Shown here: positions 9,201 through 17,477 of the stretch, one piece after another
How the letters are laid out: each line of letters starts with the position of its first letter
Position numbering within the stretch: the first letter of the stretch is position 1
Assembly: GCA_944392515.1 (NCBI GenBank)
Contig: CALXWV010000001.1
Location: forward strand, 8,718 to 72,717
Length of the DNA stretch: 64,000 nt
Reading direction: 5' to 3'
DNA from: an uncultured Clostridia bacterium
GTDB lineage: Bacteria; Bacillota; Clostridia; TANB77; CAG-508
Program-made: the position numbers and the translations under genes
Notes under the pieces: generated by a model
Database searches by the model: none
The model's input: the letters and a program-made list of their open reading frames with translations, nothing else
What the model was told of the DNA's origin: nothing

Positions 9201-9857
9201 TTCGTTTTTATTGTTCTCATTTGTTATTAGACTTTCATTATCTTTTTCTACATATTTTATATTATATTCTTCTACTGCATTTTGTAGCCATTTATCTGGA
9301 AAAGGATCACTTTGTATAAATTCATATATTTTTAGTATTATTTCTTTTAATTTTGAGTCATCATTATATGTCGCATATTTTTCCAAAAGTTCAGTAAATT
9401 CACTATTTTGACTTTCATATTCATCATCAAAAATATCTTCAATTGTTTCTTGTTTCATTATTTCTATTTCGGTTTCATCAGCCACTCTAAAATTGTTACT
9501 AATTCCTATTTCGAAGAAATTGTTTCTTATAACATTTAGGCAGAAAGAGTGAATAGTACTTATATTTGCTTTATTTATAAGTAACAACTGTCTTTGCAAG
9601 TTTTGATCATTCGGATTTTCATCTATCTTTTTATATATTTCATCCATAAGTCTTTGACGCATTTCACTAGCAGCTGCATTTGTAAAAGTAACTACTAATA
9701 TTTTATCAATATCTACTCCATCATTTATTATTTTATTTACTATTCTTTCAACTAATACTGAAGTTTTTCCGCTTCCTGCTGCAGCTGATACTAAAATATT
9801 TGCTCCTTTTAATTTTATAGCTTGCATTTGTTCGGTTGTCCATTTTCTTTCTGACAT
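6228..9857 (-). CDS. addA: ATP-dependent helicase/nuclease AddA
   Basis: 1209 aa; UvrD-type motifs (AAAGSGKTSVLVERI, VVTFTNAAASEM, DEYQDSN) and a C-terminal RecB-type nuclease block (GVIDIYY...LVDYKTD). Confidence 0.93.
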   Translation of the reverse strand: MSERKWTTEQMQAIKLKGANILVSAAAGSGKTSVLVERIVNKIINDGVDIDKILVVTFTNAAASEMRQRLMDEIYKKIDENPNDQNLQRQLLLINKANISTIHSFCLNVIRNNFFEIGISNNFRVADETEIEIMKQETIEDIFDDEYESQNSEFTELLEKYATYNDDSKLKEIILKIYEFIQSDPFPDKWLQNAVEEYNIKYVEKDNESLITNENNKNESNLITDFSNTNWGKIIVDKVKENLEDCKINLESAIEEVETYPNLIDFISVLKTDLEYINQMLVTNYAKEDTNNTWDKLYQDLNSKIWAPWPRKSKMSEEEKEAKERAKAIRDLARASFTDIQKLVRTTSKETIEDINEMYSTLKSLQNLVLKFEKEFAKRKREKNIVDFNDIEHLALKILVDEDGKPTEIAKKYNFDEIEIDEYQDSNSVQEYILNSVSNGHNIFMVGDVKQSIYKFRQANPKLFMQKYNEYKLTDGEIKENTKILLYKNFRSRKNILDITNLVFNNIMSKKLGEIEYTKEEALNLGAEFEDTSLDLETELNIIETEEDENEETAEVIENAALEARLVAKKIKELNLSGVPFKSMTILLRSPKAVASIYEKELMDAKIPVFSDITTEYLNTIEIDTIMSLLKIIDNPLQDIPLVTVLRSEIGGFTDNELIEIRLVDKNISYYRAFEKAKESMDISQNLKEKITQFLDLLKTLKEEEKTKPLDELIWDIYNKTGYYHYVGLMPDGNLRQANLKKLFEKAREYEKISLKGLFNFILFMEKVGTSNKSIDSARIIGENDDVVRIMSIHKSKGLEFPIVFLCNSSKKFNLRDMSEKIVLDNNLGIGANYIKDGIEFPTLAKDAIKIKANKEAISEEMRVLYVALTRAKEKLIIVGTSDNVKKKLQEKVDEVSKYYKFTKPEKLNPRLVEKYKSYLDWLELVYKYNDSSCMKLNIINKSELLKETNKEEQIEIRKHKEEIINEIRNHKINKEEYAKIDKMLNFTYKYEKDIELPTKTSVTALKEFENLKSYETNKEKEDSKKIKNENSKIKVPSFAIDKEIKGARKGTIIHLILSKITNEKNIDEINNLIEKLISKNIITKEEKEAIDMKIIDHYLSSELYKEILEAKEVKRETPFYLNINSNELFEETNEPILVQGVIDIYYISKDDKLILVDYKTDYVKEEKELAERYKSQLDLYKRALEKALNRKVDKECIYSTYLNKCIEI

Positions 9858-10053
9858 CTTTATTTTTCCTTTCTAGTTCTTTTACTATATTTTTTTATAA
9901 TTATATATGAAATTATATATTTTTTCAATTTTTTTGTTTTTTTATTATTTTAAAAATTAATTTTTTAAATATTTTTTATTTGTTTGGGCAAACTATTAAA
10001 AATATTTAAAAGAAAGGAGAATATGGCAAAAATATTTTGCCATTAATATAATT

Positions 10054-10665
10054 ATGGATAAAGATAAAAATCTCAAAAATGAAAATAAAGATAGCAATAT
10101 GGATGCACAACCACTTCAGGAACAGAGCCATAAAGCTAACACTTCTAATTCTGATTCAAAACTTAAATTTATTGATGAACATACCAATACTCAATCAACT
10201 AATGACGCTGATAACTCAACTTCTAACTCTAACACTTTCCAGCTTGATCTTGCGGTATTAAATGAAGTTAGTAAAATAGCCAAAATGGGAATGGACTCTA
10301 TTTCTTATTTAGCTCCAAAAGTTTCAGACAAAGAAATGAGAAAAGTATTAGTAGCAATGTACTCACAATATGGAAATACTCAAAGTCAAATAAATCAGCA
10401 TTTTGAAAAATATGGTGAAATTCCTGACTCTACACCTTTAAAGGATAAAATGATGAGTTTTGCAGGTGTACAATTTAACACTTTAAGAGATAGAAGTAAT
10501 TCTCATATTGCAGAAATAATGATTCAAGGAACTTTAATGGGTGTTATTGAATGTCAAAAGATTTTAAACTGCAGTTTAGATATTCAAAAAAGTACAACTG
10601 AATTGATTAAAGATTTTAATAAATTTCAAAGAGATAATATTGATAAATTAAATGCATTTCTATAA
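10054..10665 (+). CDS. hypothetical protein with N/S/T/D-rich N-terminal region
   Basis: 203-aa ORF with a helical-looking C-terminal half. There is no RBS before the ATG at 10054, so the start is uncertain (see the mini-ORF finding). Confidence 0.45.
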   Translation: MDKDKNLKNENKDSNMDAQPLQEQSHKANTSNSDSKLKFIDEHTNTQSTNDADNSTSNSNTFQLDLAVLNEVSKIAKMGMDSISYLAPKVSDKEMRKVLVAMYSQYGNTQSQINQHFEKYGEIPDSTPLKDKMMSFAGVQFNTLRDRSNSHIAEIMIQGTLMGVIECQKILNCSLDIQKSTTELIKDFNKFQRDNIDKLNAFL

Positions 10666-10678
10666 AAAATGAAAAAAG

Positions 10679-10746
10679 CCCAAAAGGGACGTTCCTTTTT
10701 GGGTTTTGCAAAAGGCAAAAGAACATAACTCCTTTTGCCTTTTTTT
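10679..10746. terminator. two tandem stem-loops between convergent genes
   Basis: CCCAAAAGG..CCTTTTTGGG followed by TTTT, then AGGCAAAAG-10 nt-CTTTTGCCT followed by TTTTTT. The pair sits between the 10054-10665 (+) and 10750-12162 (-) genes. Confidence 0.65.
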
Positions 10747-10749
10747 GTA

Positions 10750-12162
10750 CTAATCTAATTTAGCTCCACAATTTGTGCAATATGTTGCATCTTGTGTATT
10801 TTCAGCTCCACATCTTTTGCAATACTTTTTACCTATTTGATTAATTTGAGCAGTTGTATTATTTTCTATTCCGTTAGGATTTACATTATAATCATTATTA
10901 ATTACTGGATTTGTATTTACTTGATATCCATTATTCATTACTGGATTTGTATTTGCTTGGTATCCATTATTCATTTCCTGATTTGTATTTACCTGGTATC
11001 CATTATTTACTATTGGATTTGTATTTACCTGATATCCATTATTTATTACTGGATTAGTATTTACTTGATATCCATTGTTCATATTTTGTCCATTGTTTCC
11101 TCCAATTACAGGGCCATTTTGATTAGGTTGATTATTTATATATGAATTACTATTATTATTTCCACCTTTTAAATCTTTATAAAATGCAAGTATAGCAAAT
11201 GTCATATAAGGTGTTAATAGAGATGTTCCTACAGCTGATGCAATAAATCCAAATAACCATCCTATACCTGGTATTATATATAAAACTCCTTCTACTATTC
11301 CCACAAGTAATGCCCATCCAATGAAAGACAATATCAAGCAAAATAATCTACCACGATTACCTTTCATCAAATTTTCACTTTCTTGTACTGTATCTTTTGG
11401 TTCCATTCCTTCATTTGCTACAGCTATATAGTATGATAAAGCATATAGCAATAATTTTCTAATAACTAAAACTAGTATTAATATATAAACAACAAAAAAA
11501 ACTATTACCAACAAAATTATGCCAGCTGAAGCTCCTACTATGGCACTCAAAGCCTTTGATACTTCGTTACTTGAAACTGAATTATCTTTATAATTATAGT
11601 CATGATTATAATTATAGTCTTTATCATAATTGTAGTCATAGTTATAATCATAATAATCATCTAAATAGTCATCATAATTATCATAATAATCGTAATAGTC
11701 AGTATAAGGAGTTGATGAATAACTTGCTTTTAGATACTGCTCTTGCATAGGTTTTTTTGATAATGTACTACTTGTTGTTGCAATTAATGAAACCCCTATA
11801 ATCATTATAACAATCATTAAAATTACTGGTATTAGTATTAAATACCAACATTTGCAAAATATTCTCCATGCAATTCCCCAACTACGTTTAAAGTTTCCAA
11901 ATCCTACTTTCAAGAAATCAAAGTAACTTACTTCTTCACCATTTTTTAGATGATAATATGAATAAGCCATTCCATAAGTAAGTGGTGGCAGAATAACTAT
12001 CTCTGCGATGCTTACTAAAAAACTTATTGGACCTAATAATGCTCCTAATAATCCTATTAGCATTGTAAATATCATATAAACTAATGATATTAAAAATGCT
12101 TTTTTCCATTTTCCTGATAATGCTTCTCTTGCTTCTTGTCTTGCTTCTTTTGCTCTTAACAT
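10750..12162 (-). CDS. DUF975-like multi-pass membrane protein with Tyr/Asp-rich loop, 12-aa tandem repeats and C-terminal zinc ribbon
   Basis: 470 aa; N-terminus A..EAREALSGKWKKAFLISLVYMIF is typical of DUF975. The C-terminus CKRCGAENTQDATYCTNCGAKL is a CxxC..CxxC zinc ribbon. Confidence 0.75.
   Translation of the reverse strand: MLRAKEARQEAREALSGKWKKAFLISLVYMIFTMLIGLLGALLGPISFLVSIAEIVILPPLTYGMAYSYYHLKNGEEVSYFDFLKVGFGNFKRSWGIAWRIFCKCWYLILIPVILMIVIMIIGVSLIATTSSTLSKKPMQEQYLKASYSSTPYTDYYDYYDNYDDYLDDYYDYNYDYNYDKDYNYNHDYNYKDNSVSSNEVSKALSAIVGASAGIILLVIVFFVVYILILVLVIRKLLLYALSYYIAVANEGMEPKDTVQESENLMKGNRGRLFCLILSFIGWALLVGIVEGVLYIIPGIGWLFGFIASAVGTSLLTPYMTFAILAFYKDLKGGNNNSNSYINNQPNQNGPVIGGNNGQNMNNGYQVNTNPVINNGYQVNTNPIVNNGYQVNTNQEMNNGYQANTNPVMNNGYQVNTNPVINNDYNVNPNGIENNTTAQINQIGKKYCKRCGAENTQDATYCTNCGAKLD
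10871..11090. repeat. about six tandem 36-nt coding repeats (NNGYQVNTNPVI units) inside the DUF975-like gene
   Basis: GGATTTGTATTT-type cores recur at 10907, 10943, 10979, 11015 and 11051, exactly 36 nt apart. The repeats are in frame. Confidence 0.85.
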
Positions 12163-12317
12163 TTCTTTTTCCTCCCCTGTTTATTAATATATCCTATTTT
12201 ATATTAAATAAATATATTTATCAATACTTTTTTATATTTTCTATAAAAAAGTATTAAAATAATAATACAAGATATTTTTCTTTTTAATTTTCTCTAAAAT
12301 GAACATCATTTTTTAGG

Positions 12318-13337
12318 TTATTCAAAAATTTCTCCAGCTTGCAATTTATTTCCATTTAAGAAATTTTTAAAATCCATCTTTTTAGAATTTTCTCCTTGAA
12401 GTTCTAACACCTTTATAAATCCTTCTCCTGTTTTTATAAAGATTCCTTTTTTATTGTCAGCAAAAGCTATTGTACCTGGTTCTAACTTTTTCATTCTACA
12501 TTCATACTCTTTTATTTCTGGAAATGTATTTTCTAATTCTTCTAAAGATACTGTATCTACTTTCCCAAATTTAATTTTCTTTCCATTTAAGAAAGAATAT
12601 GCTCCCATTATTGGATTTAGACCTCTTACTAAATTTTTTATTTCATTTGAAGATTTATTCCAATTTATTTTTGCCATTTCTTTTTCAAGCATTGGTGCTA
12701 TTGTATAGTCTTCCCCTTGTTTTTGTGCTCCAACTTCTTTTTTTATTTCTTTTAAACTTTTACTTTCCTTATCTTTAACACCATCTATCTTTTCTATAGT
12801 TTTAACTAAAAGTTTAGCACCAATTTTAGATAGTCTATCCCATAGTTCTCCTGTTGTCTCATCTTCACCTATTTCTACTTCTTCTTTTAATATCATATCT
12901 CCTGTGTCCATGCCCATATCCATAAACATAGTTGTTATTCCTGTTACTTTATCTCCATTTAATACAGCCCATTGAATAGGTGCTGCACCTCTATATTTAG
13001 GAAGAAGTGAACCATGTACATTAATTGCTCCATACTTCGGTATATCTAATATTTCTTTAGGTAAAATTTTACCGTAAGCTACTACGCATAATAAATCTGG
13101 ATTTAAAGCTTTTATTTCATCTATAAATTCTTCATTATTTCTTACCTTTATTGGCTGATATATTTTTAAACCTTTTTCTAATGCAAATTCTTTTACTGAA
13201 GATGCAATCATTTTCATTCCTCTACCTTTAGGTTTATCTGGATTTGTAACAACTGCTAAGATTTCATTACCACTATTATATATAGCTTCTAGAGATTCTC
13301 TTGCAAAATCTGGTGTTCCCATAAATACAATTTTCAT
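12318..13337 (-). CDS. fmt: methionyl-tRNA formyltransferase
   Basis: MKIVFMGTPDFA; INVHGSLLPKYRGAAPIQWA; 339 aa with a small Lys/Glu-rich insertion. Confidence 0.93.
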   Translation of the reverse strand: MKIVFMGTPDFARESLEAIYNSGNEILAVVTNPDKPKGRGMKMIASSVKEFALEKGLKIYQPIKVRNNEEFIDEIKALNPDLLCVVAYGKILPKEILDIPKYGAINVHGSLLPKYRGAAPIQWAVLNGDKVTGITTMFMDMGMDTGDMILKEEVEIGEDETTGELWDRLSKIGAKLLVKTIEKIDGVKDKESKSLKEIKKEVGAQKQGEDYTIAPMLEKEMAKINWNKSSNEIKNLVRGLNPIMGAYSFLNGKKIKFGKVDTVSLEELENTFPEIKEYECRMKKLEPGTIAFADNKKGIFIKTGEGFIKVLELQGENSKKMDFKNFLNGNKLQAGEIFE

Positions 13338-13462
13338 TTTTCTACCTATAATATTTTTAACAATCTTCTAAAAATATTTCCTTTCTTATTTATTTTTCTT
13401 TATTAAATAATACATCCCATGTTTTTTGCATGGGATTATTACTGAAATACATTGATATTTAT

Positions 13463-13954
13463 TTAATTATTTGATGAAGTATTTTCAGGTTCAATATATT
13501 GCATTGTTCCTGGCTCCATTATATCTATAAATAATTTACCATCTAAATGATCTATTTCATGAGCTAAAGCTTGTGCTAGAAGCTCTTTTCCTTTTACAGT
13601 TATTTTCTTACCATTTTCATCTAGTGCTTTAACAGTAACTTCCATTGGTCTTATTACTTTAGCAAATTGATTTGGAAAACTTAAGCAACCTTCTTCTACT
13701 TCTTGCTCTCCCTTTTGTTTTACTATTACTGGATTTACTAATTTTAAAGGTTTATTTCCGTCATATAAATCTATTACTACTAATCTTTTTAGTATACCAA
13801 CTTGAACTGCAGATATACCTACACCATTTGAAGCATGCATTGTCTCTAACATATCATCTAAAAGTTCTCTAATTCTGTCATCTATAGTTTCTACTTCTCT
13901 TGATTTTTTTCTTAGGATTTCGTCTCCGTCTTTTCTTATTTCTCTTATTGCCAT
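13463..13954 (-). CDS. def: peptide deformylase
   Basis: [17 protein letters not shown] and HEIDHLDG metal-binding motifs. Confidence 0.95.
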   Translation of the reverse strand: MAIREIRKDGDEILRKKSREVETIDDRIRELLDDMLETMHASNGVGISAVQVGILKRLVVIDLYDGNKPLKLVNPVIVKQKGEQEVEEGCLSFPNQFAKVIRPMEVTVKALDENGKKITVKGKELLAQALAHEIDHLDGKLFIDIMEPGTMQYIEPENTSSNN

Positions 13955-14060
13955 TTTTTCTCCTTCCTTAATAATTAGTTACAGTTTAAATAATAATTTC
14001 AAATATGAGCTCTAGATTTTTTGTAATTCTAGTTTTCCTTTATACACGTTATATTTTTTA

Positions 14061-16295
14061 TTACAACATATTATTTGGATTAATTTCAATATTTACCCTA
14101 GCTGTTTTTGTATTCATCTTTAGAAATTCTTCAAATGCGTCAGATAATAAATTATTTACTCTTTCATCATAAATGCACTTAATTAGCATACGCCATCTAT
14201 ATCTATCTTTTATTTTATCAATAGGTGATGGTACAGGGCTATAAAGCAAAAGTCCAAACTTTTCATTTATTACCCTTTGTTTTAAATATGTGTGCAAATC
14301 TTTTGCTAGTTTTTTTAATTCATATAAGTTTTTTGCAGACATATCTATTACTATTATATCGCAAAATGGTGGATATTTCAATTGTTTTCTTAGTTCAATT
14401 TCTGTATTATAAAATAAATCATAGTCTTGAACTTTTGAATATTCAATTGCATAATTATCTGGATTGTATGTCTGAATAATTACTCTTCCTTCATATTCTC
14501 CTCTACCTGCTCTACCTGCTACTTGTGTTAAAGTTTGAAATGTTCTTTCATTTGCTCTATAATCTCCAAAGTTTAAACTACTATCTGCTGCTATAACTCC
14601 TACTAATGTGACATTTGGAAAATGGTGGCCTTTTACTACCATCTGAGTTCCAATTAAAATATCTATATTCTCATTTCTAAATTTATCTAGTATTTCTTCA
14701 TGTGAATTCTTTTTTGAAACTGTATCTACATCCATTCTAATAGTTGTTGCTTCTTGGAAAAGATTATGAACTTCATCTTCTAACCTTTGAGTACCAGCTC
14801 CAAAATATTTAATATTTTTGCTATGGCATTCAGGACAAGTTGTAACAACCGGTTCTTCATAACCGCAATAATGGCATTTTAATTTATTTTCATTTTTGTG
14901 ATATGTCATTGTGATATTGCATCTTTTACATTTAACTGTATATCCACAATCTCTGCACATTATAAATGTTGAAAAGCCTCTTCTATTCAAAAATAAAATA
15001 GTTTGAGTTTTAGTTATTAAATTTTTTTCTATTTCTTCTTTTAAAGAATCGCTTAGCATTGATTTATTACCATTTGCAAGTTCTTGTCTTAAATCCACTA
15101 CTTTTACGGCTGGAAGATTTGAATTATTAGCTCTTTTAGTTAAAGTTAAAAGTTCTATTTTTCCATTTTTAGCTTTATAATATGACTTCATATCTGGAGT
15201 AGCACTACCAAGTATAAGTGGAATATTATTTTCTTTTGCTAAATATTCTGCAACTTCTTTTGCATCATATCTAGGAGACATTTCAGACTGATAAGATTCA
15301 TCATGTTCTTCATCTATTATAATTAAGCCTAAATTTACTGCAGGTGCAAATATTGCAGACCTTGCGCCAATTATTATCTTAGCTTTTCCTTCTTTTATTT
15401 TATTCCACTGATCATATCTTTCTCCTATAGATAGTTTACTATGTAAAACTGCAATTTGTTCTTCTCCAAATCTTGCAATAAATCTGTCTACAGTTTGTGG
15501 TGTTAAAGAAATTTCTGGAACTAACATTATACTACTTTTATCTTCTTTTAGTTTTTTTTCAATTAACTGCAAATATATTTCAGTTTTTCCAGAACCAGTT
15601 ACCCCGTATAATAAGTATTCTCCATTTTCTTTTATTTTTTCTATAGCAATTTGCTGTTCATCTGTAAGTTTTAAATCTGTAGTTTTATTTTCTACTTTAT
15701 GTATAAATGGATTTCTTTCAACTTTTTCTTCTGATATTTCTAAATATCCATTTTTAACTAGAGTATTTACAATGCTTCTAGTTCCATCTGTAAATATCTC
15801 TATATCCTGCATAGTCGCAGGTTCATTTCTAATTATAAAATCCAAAATATTTCTCTGTTTTTCTGATTTTACATTTCCATTTTCTATATCATCTTCAATT
15901 TCATCTTTATCTCTAGCTAAATAAATAAAATTAATTGTTTTATCTTTTACTCTATTTTCTGTATTTTTACTGGTTGTCCCAGGTGGTAGCATTAATTTTA
16001 AGCAATCAGATAAATTACAGATATATCTTTTTGCCATCCATTTTGCTAAATTTATATATTCTTCTTTTATTTCTGAATTTTGTACATTTAAAATCTCTTT
16101 TACTTTATATTCAGATTTTTCCTTTATACCTATTACAATACCTTCTTCAGGAGTTTTTTTATTTCCAAATGGTACAAAAACTCTACTACCTATTTTTATA
16201 TTTAAGTTCTCAGGTATTTTGTAATCAAATGTTCTGTTAAGTTTTTTTACTGATGAATTAAGTATTATTTCTGCTACCATTATTGCCTCTCTCAT
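14061..16295 (-). CDS. priA: primosomal protein N' (PriA helicase)
   Basis: GVTGSGKTE Walker A, DEEHD box, four CxxC zinc-finger pairs (CRDCG..CKRC..CHYCG..CPEC). The start is either the ATG at 16295 overlapping the folD stop (TAATG) or the ATG at 16280, which follows GAGAGG. Confidence 0.92.
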   Translation of the reverse strand: MREAIMVAEIILNSSVKKLNRTFDYKIPENLNIKIGSRVFVPFGNKKTPEEGIVIGIKEKSEYKVKEILNVQNSEIKEEYINLAKWMAKRYICNLSDCLKLMLPPGTTSKNTENRVKDKTINFIYLARDKDEIEDDIENGNVKSEKQRNILDFIIRNEPATMQDIEIFTDGTRSIVNTLVKNGYLEISEEKVERNPFIHKVENKTTDLKLTDEQQIAIEKIKENGEYLLYGVTGSGKTEIYLQLIEKKLKEDKSSIMLVPEISLTPQTVDRFIARFGEEQIAVLHSKLSIGERYDQWNKIKEGKAKIIIGARSAIFAPAVNLGLIIIDEEHDESYQSEMSPRYDAKEVAEYLAKENNIPLILGSATPDMKSYYKAKNGKIELLTLTKRANNSNLPAVKVVDLRQELANGNKSMLSDSLKEEIEKNLITKTQTILFLNRRGFSTFIMCRDCGYTVKCKRCNITMTYHKNENKLKCHYCGYEEPVVTTCPECHSKNIKYFGAGTQRLEDEVHNLFQEATTIRMDVDTVSKKNSHEEILDKFRNENIDILIGTQMVVKGHHFPNVTLVGVIAADSSLNFGDYRANERTFQTLTQVAGRAGRGEYEGRVIIQTYNPDNYAIEYSKVQDYDLFYNTEIELRKQLKYPPFCDIIVIDMSAKNLYELKKLAKDLHTYLKQRVINEKFGLLLYSPVPSPIDKIKDRYRWRMLIKCIYDERVNNLLSDAFEEFLKMNTKTARVNIEINPNNML

Positions 16296-17143
16296 TATTT
16301 ATTTTGATTTTTTGTTGCTTTAATTACATTACTCATTAGCATTGCTATTGTCATTGGTCCTACTCCTCCTGGTACTGGTGTTATGTATGATGCTTTTTTA
16401 CTTATATTTTCAAAATCTACATCTCCACAAAGTTTTCCTTCATCATTTCTGTTCATTCCTACATCAATTATAACTGCACCATCTTTTACCATGTCTTCTG
16501 TTACCATATTTCTTTTTCCTGCTGCTGAAATTATAATATCTGCATCTTTTAATTCTTTCTTTAGTTCTCTTGTTCTTGAATGACAAATTGTTACAGTTGC
16601 ATTTTTAGATAACATACATTGAGCCATTGGCTTTCCTACAATATTACTTCTTCCTATAATTGCAACTTTTTCTCCTTCAATTTTTATGTTATACTTTTCA
16701 AGCATTGTAACAATTCCAAGAGGTGTGCAAGGCACGAATCCATCTTGTCCAATGCACAAATTACCCACATTCTGTGGATTAAAACCATCTACATCTTTTT
16801 CAGGGCTTATTTTATTAAATGCTTCTTGAATATTTAATGGCTTTGGTATTGGACTTTGAAGTAATATGCCATTTACATTTTTATCATTATTTAATTTATC
16901 TATTAAATCTAATAATTCCTGCTGTTTAGTTGTACTTGGAAGTAAATATTCTTTAAACTCTATCCCTATTTCTTCACATGCTTTACTTTTATTTCTAACA
17001 TATACTTTTGATGCATCATTGTCCCCTACCATTATAACTGCTAAATGCGGAATAATTCCATTTTCTTTTAATTTTTCCGCTTCTTCTCTTAATTCCAATC
17101 TAATGTTTTTTGCTAGATTTTTTCCATCAATTATTGTTGCCAT
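16295..17143 (-). CDS. folD: bifunctional methylenetetrahydrofolate dehydrogenase/cyclohydrolase
   Basis: 282 aa; IIDGK..A; VGDN.AS..YV..K; GRSNIVGKPMA; TPVPGGVGPMT. Confidence 0.95.
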   Translation of the reverse strand: MATIIDGKNLAKNIRLELREEAEKLKENGIIPHLAVIMVGDNDASKVYVRNKSKACEEIGIEFKEYLLPSTTKQQELLDLIDKLNNDKNVNGILLQSPIPKPLNIQEAFNKISPEKDVDGFNPQNVGNLCIGQDGFVPCTPLGIVTMLEKYNIKIEGEKVAIIGRSNIVGKPMAQCMLSKNATVTICHSRTRELKKELKDADIIISAAGKRNMVTEDMVKDGAVIIDVGMNRNDEGKLCGDVDFENISKKASYITPVPGGVGPMTIAMLMSNVIKATKNQNK

Positions 17144-17393
17144 TTTTTATTCCTTTCTTTCCTTCGTTATTTCTATTATTATTAAATTTTTTCTTTAATT
17201 TTATTAGATTAAGTATCTTTATAATTAATTTTCAAAAGTATTCTATCACAAATAAGATATTTTGTGTAGCTATATTTTAGTATAATATTTTAGATTTTGC
17301 AATTTATTAAATAAATTTTTACTTTTTAAAACTCTTACTTTTATAAGTAACTATTTTTTCTTTTTACATTTATATTTCATTTTTATATTTTTG

Positions 17394-17422
17394 TTGAATT
17401 TTAATATTTTATGTATTATAAT
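17394..17422 (+). promoter_or_regulatory. candidate sigma-A promoter for the VWA surface protein gene
   Basis: TTGAAT - 17 nt - TATAAT, 55 nt upstream of the AAGGAG RBS and the ATG at 17478. Confidence 0.5.
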
Positions 17423-17477
17423 GTAGAAAGTATTAAAATTTTTATTCTGTACAAAATATATAAAAAGGAGTTTATTT

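Noticed and set aside
10871-11090. Regularly spaced 36-nt repeats that could be mistaken for a CRISPR array
   Set aside because: The repeats are contiguous with no spacers, in frame, and translate to NNGYQVNTNPV units inside a long ORF.
13414-13436. 8-bp hairpin (ATCCCATG-7 nt-CATGGGAT) between def and fmt, considered as an internal attenuator
   Set aside because: The stem is short, the U-tract is weak, and def-fmt are normally co-transcribed. The evidence is insufficient to call it a feature.
17144-17477. Checked the folD upstream region for a ZTP (pfl) riboswitch, and other leaders for T-box or other riboswitches
   Set aside because: The region is almost pure A/T, with none of the conserved GC-rich ZTP core. 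No riboswitch-like conserved blocks were seen in any leader except the rplJ leader.
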